DNA of 32,000 nucleotides from Xanthomonas campestris pv. campestris str. ATCC 33913 (GTDB lineage Bacteria; Pseudomonadota; Gammaproteobacteria; Xanthomonadales; Xanthomonadaceae): NCBI RefSeq assembly GCF_000007145.1, contig NC_003902.1, positions 4,376,497 to 4,408,496 of the forward strand, read 5' to 3'. Shown piece by piece: positions 8,440 to 15,598 of this stretch (position 1 is its first letter; each line of letters starts with the position of its first letter). The notes under the pieces were generated by a model. It saw only the letters and a program-made list of their open reading frames with translations, ran no database searches and was not told where the DNA came from. The position numbers and the translations under genes were made by a program.

Positions 8440-9339
8440 ATGTTCATGCATAACAAGCGTTTGATGTACACCGTCCGCGTTGCCGAGCCGAATCCGGATC
8501 TGGCCACGCTGATGCTCGAGCAGTTTGGCGGACCGCAAGGTGAGCTTGCTGCGGCCATGCGCTACTTCACCCAGGCGCTGGGCGAGGACGATCCGGGCCG
8601 CAAGGATCTGTTGTTCGATATCGCAACCGAAGAATTGAGCCACCTGGAGATCATCGGCTCGATCATTGCGATGCTCAACAAGGGCCCGAAGGCGGTGCTC
8701 TCCGAAGGCATGGAAGAAGCCATGGAGATGCGCAACATGACCCAGAACAGCACCAGCCACACGCAGCAGATTCTTTACGGTGGTGGCCCGGCGTTGGTGA
8801 ATTCGGCCGGCGTGCCGTGGACGGCAGCGTATGTGGATTCCATCGGCTGCCCCACCGCCGACATGCGCTCGAACATCGCAGCCGAGGCACGCGCCAAGCT
8901 GGTCTACGAGCGCCTGATCAATGTGACCAACGATCCGGGCATTGTGGATGCACTGCGCTTTTTGATGACGCGTGAAGTGGCGCATCAGAAGTCGTTCGAG
9001 AAGGCACTGTATTCGATCGAACCCAACTTCCCGCCGGGCAAGCTGCCGGGCGACCCGCGCTTCACCGACAAGTACTACAACATGTCGCAGGGCGAAGGCG
9101 ACATGGTCGGCCCGTGGAATGCCGGCGAGCAGTGGGAAGTCATCGCCGACCGCGAGCAGCAGGCCGCGGTGGACGGCGGCGACGGCCTGGCCACGGTGGC
9201 GCTGGATGCCACCCAGACCAAGGCGCTGGATGCGATGTCGCTGCGCCTGCTCTCCAACCCGGAGCTGGACCGCGTCACTGGCGCAGACCTTGGCGCCGGC
9301 CCGGGCGCCGGTTCCACGACCGGCGATATCCATCGCTGA
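8440..9339 (+). CDS. Manganese (non-haem) catalase, KatN-like, 299 aa
   Basis: ATG at 8440 with GGAG upstream. MFMHNKRLMYTVRVAEPNPDLATLMLEQFGGPQGELAAAMRYFTQA...EELSHLE...REVAHQ: the characteristic Mn-catalase N-terminus and E..H metal-ligand motifs. Confidence 0.92.
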   Translation: MFMHNKRLMYTVRVAEPNPDLATLMLEQFGGPQGELAAAMRYFTQALGEDDPGRKDLLFDIATEELSHLEIIGSIIAMLNKGPKAVLSEGMEEAMEMRNMTQNSTSHTQQILYGGGPALVNSAGVPWTAAYVDSIGCPTADMRSNIAAEARAKLVYERLINVTNDPGIVDALRFLMTREVAHQKSFEKALYSIEPNFPPGKLPGDPRFTDKYYNMSQGEGDMVGPWNAGEQWEVIADREQQAAVDGGDGLATVALDATQTKALDAMSLRLLSNPELDRVTGADLGAGPGAGSTTGDIHR

Positions 9340-9364
9340 TCCCACCGCGCAACCGCGCATGACT

Positions 9365-9395
9365 GCCCGGGCCGTTCGCGGCCCGGGCGTTTTTG
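9365..9395 (+). terminator. Intrinsic terminator after the Mn-catalase gene
   Basis: GCCCGGGCCG-ttcg-CGGCCCGGGC followed by GTTTTTG. Perfect 10-bp stem plus T tract. Confidence 0.8.
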
Positions 9396-9420
9396 CTCAC
9401 CGCACGACACAGGAGTTGCC

Positions 9421-9765
9421 ATGAACGACAAGCCCAAACTGGATACTCACGACGAACGCCAGTCGGCGTACCGCGGCGACGGCGGCGATGCGTCCGTCGA
9501 TGGCCGTGGCCGGCAGGATCCTTCTGCCGCTGACACCGCCGATGCCGCGCCACCGCAGGAGGGCCAGCCGCAAGCCTATTACCCGCGCGGGCACGGCCAT
9601 GGCGGTGGGCTCGGCGAAGGCGAGCCGGACGGCCACGCCGAGCGCGACGGCCAGACCCAGCCCAACTTTGGCCAGAGCGGCACGTATGGCAAGCAGGATC
9701 ATCAGCAGGCCCAGCAACGTGCTCGCGCAGACAGCGATAGCGATAGCGAAGGCGACGACACCTGA
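9421..9765 (+). CDS. Acidic, Gly/Asp/Gln-rich, probably disordered small protein, 114 aa (stress-protein-like)
   Basis: AGGAG 5 nt upstream of the ATG and high GC3. Bracketed by the hairpins at 9365-9395 and 9833-9853. No hydrophobic core (…GHGHGGGLGEGEPDGHAERDGQ…SDSDSEGDDT). The overlapping antisense ORFs are rejected. Confidence 0.65.
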   Translation: MNDKPKLDTHDERQSAYRGDGGDASVDGRGRQDPSAADTADAAPPQEGQPQAYYPRGHGHGGGLGEGEPDGHAERDGQTQPNFGQSGTYGKQDHQQAQQRARADSDSDSEGDDT

Positions 9766-9832
9766 CTTCGATCCTTTCGGGACGACATCGCTGCCCACTC
9801 GGCATCGTTGCCATCGGTTTCGCTGAAACACC

Positions 9833-9853
9833 AAGGGGCGCAGCGCGCCCCTT
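9833..9853. terminator. Hairpin between convergent genes (likely bidirectional terminator)
   Basis: AAGGGGCG(C)-agc-(G)CGCCCCTT followed by CTTCTTC. Lies between the stop at 9765 (+) and the stop at 9890 (-). Confidence 0.55.
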
Positions 9854-9889
9854 CTTCATGTGGTCTGCCGCACGCCAGTGCGCAGGCGA

Positions 9890-10462
9890 TCAAGCGCGTA
9901 ACAGCGGCGCCGGGCGTCCTTCCGCTGCCCATTCGGGGCGCACGCCGGCCGCTGCAGCGCAACGCTCCAGGCGCCATGGGCTGAGACGACGCATTGCCTC
10001 ATGGCCGCTGAGCTGCAACCACTGCGCAACATCGCCATCGATACACAACGGCCGGTGCGTGGGCATGCTGGACGACGAGGCCACCAGCAACGAGAACCCC
10101 ATCTGCAGGCGGCCGCCGATATCCATCACATTGCGCAGCCCGGCCGCGTACAGCGCGCGATTGTCCGGGCTCAACCAGGTGGCCGCCGTGTTGCCATCCA
10201 CCGAGGCGGTGCACACGAATCCGCATAACGGAATTGCGCAGCGCTGGGTTTCCCAGATGGCCAGATCCACACCGCCCAGCCAGCTTGGCTCCTGCATGTG
10301 CAGCGAACGTTGCTGACCGGGCGCGCGGCGGCCGAAGGTGGCACGCTCCTCGCGCTTACCGCCGCGGTCGGCGACCAGAATGTCGGCATCTGCACCCACG
10401 CCGACCTCGACCCATGCGTTGCTCGCCACCCTGGCGGACAACTGAAGAATGCGCGTAATCAT
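9890..10462 (-). CDS. Hypothetical protein, 190 aa, family not recognised
   Basis: ATG at 10462 (MITRILQLSARV...) with GGAG 7 nt upstream. Codon third positions are moderately GC-rich. No motif I can name. Confidence 0.55.
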   Translation of the reverse strand: MITRILQLSARVASNAWVEVGVGADADILVADRGGKREERATFGRRAPGQQRSLHMQEPSWLGGVDLAIWETQRCAIPLCGFVCTASVDGNTAATWLSPDNRALYAAGLRNVMDIGGRLQMGFSLLVASSSSMPTHRPLCIDGDVAQWLQLSGHEAMRRLSPWRLERCAAAAGVRPEWAAEGRPAPLLRA

Positions 10463-11200
10463 GACTGCTCCACTGTGCGAATCGCGGTGATACACAGCTA
10501 CGCAAATAGCGCGCCAACTATTTGACGACGGCATGCCTGCGCAATGTAGTCATGCCAAGGCCGCCACGACGCCGTCTTCAAAAATTTCTCACATCACGCC
10601 GCAAGAACTGCATCGGCGCGCAAGATTTTCCATAACGCAGGCGTATGGAAACGCCTGTGGTGTAGCCAGCGAGCGCATCTGCATCAACGTTTGAAGCTGT
10701 GTTGCGAACGCATTTCTACGTGTGCAAGAGATGCGCAGCGCATGCACGCCAGTGCGACGGGTCCGTAGTAAACGATCGAGCAGACTCAGGCGATGCATCG
10801 CACATTCACCGGCACTGGCTGTCGCCACCCGCGCCGACAATCACGCTGATTGGTAGACCGACGCGCTGCATGCGTGCCGAACAACGGGCACGTGGCGCAG
10901 CGCAATGACACGCACTGCGCCGCGCCAGTGTCATCGCACTAGTTCTTGCTGCCACCGGCGGCCAGGCGCCCTTGAAGGGCAAGACTGCGATAGCGGCGCA
11001 CGGCGGCACGTCTGGGCGCAGTATTGGCGACCGCGCAGCACAGCTGTGCGTGCCCCTTTGAGCGCCGGCAACGCGGAACCAAGGCGCGGCGCCGTGCCGA
11101 CGCCACGCCTGCTGCATTGCCGCCAGCGACGCCAATGCAACGCACAGCGTAGGAGCGCGCTTGCGCGCGATGGGACTTACACGCAGCGCCGCCGCCCTGC

Positions 11201-11228
11201 AGGGACGCGACACCAAACCCGCGTCCCT
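11201..11228 (-). terminator. Hairpin downstream of the large kinase gene (possible terminator, no U tract)
   Basis: AGGGACGCG (11201-11209) pairs with CGCGTCCCT (11220-11228) across a 10-nt loop, about 30 nt beyond the stop at 11256. No T-run on the minus strand, hence low confidence. Confidence 0.3.
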
Positions 11229-11255
11229 CCGCCCCAACAACGTGGGGCACCGCCC

Positions 11256-14200
11256 TCAGTCGTCTACCGACGTCAGCGGCAGCTGGATCTCGCATTCCAA
11301 TCGCGTGTCGCTGAGCTCGTAGCGGGTCTGCGCGCCGTGGCTGTACGGCAACGCCTTTTCGATCAGGCGCCTGCCGAAACCGCCCGCGTCGGCGCGGTCC
11401 GAGCGCAGCTGCAGGCTGGCGCCCTCTTCCACCCACGACAACACCAGCCGTGCCGGCGCGTTCTCGCTGGTCTCCACCCGCCAACGGATGGTCAGGGTGC
11501 CGGTGTCCACCGCCAGCGCACCGTACTTGCGTGCGTTGGTGGCCAATTCGTGCAATGCCAGCGCCAGGGTCTGCACGGTGGATTTGCGCAACGCCACGTC
11601 CGGCCCGTCGAGGATGATGCGGCGCTGATCCGGCTCGGCACCGAGCGCATCCAGCTCCATGCGCAACAACGCGCCGATGGTGGCCGGCGCATTCTCTGCC
11701 TGCGAGAGCAGCCCCTGCACGCGCGAGAGCGCGGCCAGCCGGTCTTCGAACTTGCCGGCGAACTCGTCCATGGTGCCGCTGCTCTGCATGGTCTGCGTCG
11801 CCACCGACTGCACCACGGTGATGAGGTTACGGGTGCGGTGCTGCAGCTCGGTCACCAGCACGCGCTGCTCTTCCTGCAGGCGGCGCAGGTTGTCCGACTC
11901 GGTGGAGGTGCCCAGCCATTCCAGCACATGCCCATCGTCGTTGCGCACCGGCGCGCTGCGGGTATGGAACCAGCGGTAGCCGCGCTCGGCCGCGTTGTAG
12001 AGCCGGTGCTCCACATCCAGCCCGCCACTGGCCGGGCAGTCGCGCCAGGCATCCATGGTGAGTTCGCGATCGTCCGGGTGCACCGCTTCCAGCCAACCCA
12101 GCTCGCGGCTTTCCTGATCGGTCTGGCCGGTGTAGGCCGACCATTGCGGGCTGGACCAGGTCCAGCGGCCGCCATCGAGCGAGCGCCACACCAGCTGCGG
12201 AATACCCTCCATCAAGGTGCGCAGGCGCTGCTCGCTACCGCGCAGCGCATCTTCGGCACGGGTCAGCGGGGTGACATCCATGAAGGTGATCACCGCCCCG
12301 CCGATGAAGTTGTCCACCGTGCGGTACGGCAGCACACGCACCATGTAGCGTGCGCGCGTGGTGGGGTTTTCCACCTCGCGGTCGAGCACCGCCAGCGTGC
12401 GGATCACCCGGCGCACATCGTCCTGCAATTCCACGTAGGCCACGCGCATCTTGATGTGGCTGATCGGGCGATGGATATCGCTTTCCACCAACGGCACGAT
12501 GTCGGTGACGGCCGGGGTGAAGTTGGTCACGCGCAGTTCGTTGTCCAGAAACACCGTGGCGATCTGGGTGCTTTCCAGCAGGTTCTTCAGATCGCTGTTG
12601 GCATGCGCCAGCTCCTGCACGCGATGCGCCAGCTCGCCGTTGACGGTAGTGACTTCCTCGTTGACCGACTGCAGCTCTTCCTTGGAGGTTTCCAGCTCTT
12701 CGTTGGCGCTTTGCAGCTCTTCGTTGAGCGACTGGTACTCCTCGTTGGAGGACTTGAGCTCCTCGTTGGTGCTCTCCAGCTCCTCGATCATCGCCTGCAA
12801 GCGTTCGCGGGTGATGCGCAGCTCGTTCTCCAGCACCTGCACGTGCTCGTTGTCGGAGGCAGGCGCGCGTGCGGCCGGTTCGGCCAGCTCGCGCGATTCC
12901 ACTTCCTGGAACAGCACCACATAGCCACGCGGCACCTCCGAATCGGAGGTGGGTTCCACGAAGATGTCCACCGCCCAGGTGACCCCGTCACCACGCATCT
13001 GGATGCCCTTGACCTGCACCGGCGCATTCTCCGACTCTGCCCGGCTCAACGCCCCGCGCAGTTCCAGGCGCAGGTCGCGGTGCACCAGGTTGAGCAGGTT
13101 GAGGCTGGGCGGGCCGCTGCCGGGGCGCACAAAGCGCCCGGCCTGCGAGGAGAAATGCATCACATCGAAGTGCTCGTCCAACACCGCGTACGCAGGCGCG
13201 TAGCGGTCGGCGATGCGCTCGCCCGCACGCACCAGCGCCTGGCTGGACGAGCGCAAGCGCTGCACCGGCGCCGGCACCTTGCCCGGGCGCGCCGGCGGCA
13301 ATGACGGAAAGGTGGAATGCAGCCGCGTCTCGGCGTCGATCTTCTGGAACACGCGGAAGCTGCGCTCCACCGGCGCAAACAACTTGGCGTGGCGCGAGAC
13401 GTTTTCCGCATTGCCCAGGAACAGGTAGCCGCCCGGCTTCAACGCAAAATGGAACAGCGGGATCACCCGGTTCTGCAGTTCGGCATCCAGATAGATCAGC
13501 AAGTTGCGGCACGACACCAGATCCAGCCGCGAGAACGGCGGGTCCTTGACGATGCTGTGCTGGGAAAACACGCACAGCTCGCGTAGCTCCTTGCTCACAG
13601 CGTAGGTGTCGCCTTCCTTGGTGAACCAGCGCTTGAGGCGCTCCGGCGCCACCTCGCCCACGATGCTGGACGAATAGCGCCCCACGCGTGCGGTGGCCAG
13701 CGCGCGGCCATCGATATCGCTGGCGAAGATCTGGATCTGCGGCACCGACTCCAGCGTTTCTGCATGTTCGCGCAGCAGCATCGCCAGCGAATACGCCTCT
13801 TCCCCGGTGGAACACCCCAGCACCCAGACGCGCAGGTTGTCGCCATTCTGCTTGCCCTGGAATAGCCGCGGAATCACCTGCTGCTCCAGGAACTCGAACT
13901 CGCGGCGGTCGCGGAAGAACTGGGTCACCCCGATCAGCAAATCGTTGAACAGCAGCAGCGGCTCGTCCTGGCGGCTGCGCAGCACATCCAGGTAGTGGTC
14001 CAGGGTATCGACCTGCACCACCTGCATGCGTCGCTGCACGCGGCGCAGGAAGGTGGCGCGCTTGTAGCCGTGGAAATCGTGCCCGGTGGTGTTGCGCAGG
14101 ATACCGGCGACCTGACTGAGCTGATTGCTCTCCGCGCCGCTGCGCACGCCTTCCGGCACGGCATGCGCAACACCGTGATGCCGTTGCATGTGCGCGGAGA

Positions 14201-14789
14201 TGCGTGCGGCCACGCGCGGCAGCGGCAGGATATCGTCGGACACCGCGGCCGGGCTGCTGGCGCTATGTAGATCCAGCCCGTGCAGGGACGCATCGTCCAC
14301 CACCAGCGCCAGCCCACCGCATTCCTTGATCGCCGCCGTGCCCAACGTACCGTCACCATCCACGCGGCCCATGATCAGGCCGATGACGTTGCCGTCCTGG
14401 TCGTGCGCCATCGAGACGAAGAAGCTGTCGATCAGGCCATGGTCGCTTTCGCCATCCAGCGGCCGCAGACGCAGGCGGCCTTCTTCCAGCGTGACCAGGG
14501 TATCTGCCGGCGGTAGATAAAAACGGCCTGGCTGCAAGCGGTCGCCGTCACACGGCGCCACCAACTGCTGGGATTGAGGGCCAAGCAGGTCGCGCAGCCG
14601 CGCTTCGTCGAGCAGCGCGCGGTCGCGCAGCAGCAGCATCACCGCCAGGTTGGCCCCGTTGCCGATGGTCTCCAGCAGTTCGGCCAGCCGCGTGGCATCC
14701 AGCCCGGTGGCGCCCACGCCCAGAATGAAAAGGGCGGAATGTACAGCGACGTCGCTGTGGACGTCGCTGCGAATTGGGGTATCGGTCAT
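11256..14789 (-). CDS. Multidomain sensor kinase: CheB-like, CheR methyltransferase, NEEL coiled coil, PAS domains, HWE/HisKA_2 histidine kinase (1177 aa)
   Basis: CheR motifs (FFRDRREFEFL, LRVWVLGCSTGEEAYSLAMLL). Coiled coil LESTNEELKSSNEEYQSLNEELQSANEELETSKEELQSVNEE. PAS-like segments. H-box LVTELQHRTRNLITVV. C-terminal ATPase region (HELATNARKYGA...). I place the start at ATG 14789; the ORF-track start at 14813 is a TTG. Confidence 0.92.
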   Translation of the reverse strand: MTDTPIRSDVHSDVAVHSALFILGVGATGLDATRLAELLETIGNGANLAVMLLLRDRALLDEARLRDLLGPQSQQLVAPCDGDRLQPGRFYLPPADTLVTLEEGRLRLRPLDGESDHGLIDSFFVSMAHDQDGNVIGLIMGRVDGDGTLGTAAIKECGGLALVVDDASLHGLDLHSASSPAAVSDDILPLPRVAARISAHMQRHHGVAHAVPEGVRSGAESNQLSQVAGILRNTTGHDFHGYKRATFLRRVQRRMQVVQVDTLDHYLDVLRSRQDEPLLLFNDLLIGVTQFFRDRREFEFLEQQVIPRLFQGKQNGDNLRVWVLGCSTGEEAYSLAMLLREHAETLESVPQIQIFASDIDGRALATARVGRYSSSIVGEVAPERLKRWFTKEGDTYAVSKELRELCVFSQHSIVKDPPFSRLDLVSCRNLLIYLDAELQNRVIPLFHFALKPGGYLFLGNAENVSRHAKLFAPVERSFRVFQKIDAETRLHSTFPSLPPARPGKVPAPVQRLRSSSQALVRAGERIADRYAPAYAVLDEHFDVMHFSSQAGRFVRPGSGPPSLNLLNLVHRDLRLELRGALSRAESENAPVQVKGIQMRGDGVTWAVDIFVEPTSDSEVPRGYVVLFQEVESRELAEPAARAPASDNEHVQVLENELRITRERLQAMIEELESTNEELKSSNEEYQSLNEELQSANEELETSKEELQSVNEEVTTVNGELAHRVQELAHANSDLKNLLESTQIATVFLDNELRVTNFTPAVTDIVPLVESDIHRPISHIKMRVAYVELQDDVRRVIRTLAVLDREVENPTTRARYMVRVLPYRTVDNFIGGAVITFMDVTPLTRAEDALRGSEQRLRTLMEGIPQLVWRSLDGGRWTWSSPQWSAYTGQTDQESRELGWLEAVHPDDRELTMDAWRDCPASGGLDVEHRLYNAAERGYRWFHTRSAPVRNDDGHVLEWLGTSTESDNLRRLQEEQRVLVTELQHRTRNLITVVQSVATQTMQSSGTMDEFAGKFEDRLAALSRVQGLLSQAENAPATIGALLRMELDALGAEPDQRRIILDGPDVALRKSTVQTLALALHELATNARKYGALAVDTGTLTIRWRVETSENAPARLVLSWVEEGASLQLRSDRADAGGFGRRLIEKALPYSHGAQTRYELSDTRLECEIQLPLTSVDD

Positions 14790-14990
14790 GAGAGTCGCAT
14801 CAGCCAGCGACAACTGGCCGCCATAGAACGTAGATGATCGCGCAAACCGGCATTGCCTGCCATGACACCCCGCTTCTGGCCGCTCAATGTGCAGGTCTGA
14901 CGTGCCCGCTTACGCATGCCGTTAACCGACGTTGCGTACATGATGTGGTGCGCGACTCTCTACACCTTAGCGTCTTACCGGAGTCATCCC

Positions 14991-15374
14991 ATGCACGACA
15001 GCCCCCTGCGCGGCCGCCGCATCCTGGTGGTCGAAGACGATTATTTGCTGGCCGAATCGCTCAACGATCTATTGGCCGAGGCCGGTGCCAAGGTGGTGGG
15101 GCCGGTGGGCAACGTGCCCGAAGCACTGTCATTGGTGACATCGGGGATCGGCATCGATGGCGATCTGCTGGATGTCAACGTGCGCGGCCAGGCGGTGTTC
15201 CCGGTGGCCGATGCGTTGCTGGCGCGTGGCGTGCCGTTTTCGTTCTGCTCCGGCTACGACCGCTACACGCTGCCGCAACGGTATGCGCATCTGTCGTACT
15301 GCATGAAGCCCTACAACCCGCGCACCATCACCACGCTACTCAGCCGCCAGCAGGCGCCCGTCGAACATCACTGA
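14991..15374 (+). CDS. Single-domain response regulator (CheY-like receiver only), 127 aa
   Basis: ATG at 14991 with GGAG 7 nt upstream. The full receiver signature is present: LVVEDD, LLDVNV (phospho-Asp), FCSGY, MKPY. No output domain. Divergent from the HWE kinase gene. Confidence 0.88.
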   Translation: MHDSPLRGRRILVVEDDYLLAESLNDLLAEAGAKVVGPVGNVPEALSLVTSGIGIDGDLLDVNVRGQAVFPVADALLARGVPFSFCSGYDRYTLPQRYAHLSYCMKPYNPRTITTLLSRQQAPVEHH

Positions 15375-15598
15375 TCGGCCGTATCCGGCGCGGTTTCTAC
15401 GGGCGGCTGCAGCGCGCGTTCTTCTTCGCCCAGCTGATTGAGCAGCTCCACCGCGGACTGGTGCGCGGTGCGCAGGGTGTCCAGCGGTTTGGAAGGGGCT
15501 TCCGCGCGCAGCGAATACAGCGCGAAGCCCATCACATTGAGCCGGTTACGCAACTGATGCATGAGCTCGCGGCGACGCAGGTGGGCCGCATCGCTCAC
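15368..15598 (-). CDS. 76-aa free-standing H-box / DHp-like helical hairpin protein (hypothetical)
   Basis: The GTG start overlaps the TGA of the upstream activator gene (GTGA, 15595-15598). Codons are GC3-rich throughout. ...RRELMHQLRNRLNVMGFALYSL... resembles a histidine-kinase H-box, and a second helix-like segment (PLDTLRTAHQSAVELLNQL) follows. Confidence 0.55.
   Translation of the reverse strand: MSDAAHLRRRELMHQLRNRLNVMGFALYSLRAEAPSKPLDTLRTAHQSAVELLNQLGEEERALQPPVETAPDTADQ

Noticed and set aside
9397-9834. 145-aa hydrophobic minus-strand ORF (and the 194-aa ORF at 9275-9859) opposite the disordered-protein gene.
   Set aside because: The plus-strand frame has the AGGAG RBS, the higher GC3 and flanking terminators in the right orientation. 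The apparent hydrophobicity of the antisense product is the complement of Asp/Gly/Ala codons.
10589-11240. 83-aa (10589-10840), 69-aa (10699-10908) and 144-aa (10806-11240) ORFs in the long intergenic interval.
   Set aside because: They have no RBS, no codon bias and Arg/Ala/Cys-rich nonsense-like products. I treat the region as non-coding (see finding).
12600-12800. About 21-nt periodic DNA repeats (cagctcttcgttg-like) inside the large kinase gene.
   Set aside because: They are explained by the heptad NEEL coiled-coil linker (LESTNEELKSSNEEYQSLNEELQSANEELETSKEEL) that is a known hallmark of CheB/CheR-PAS kinases. They are not an independent repeat element.
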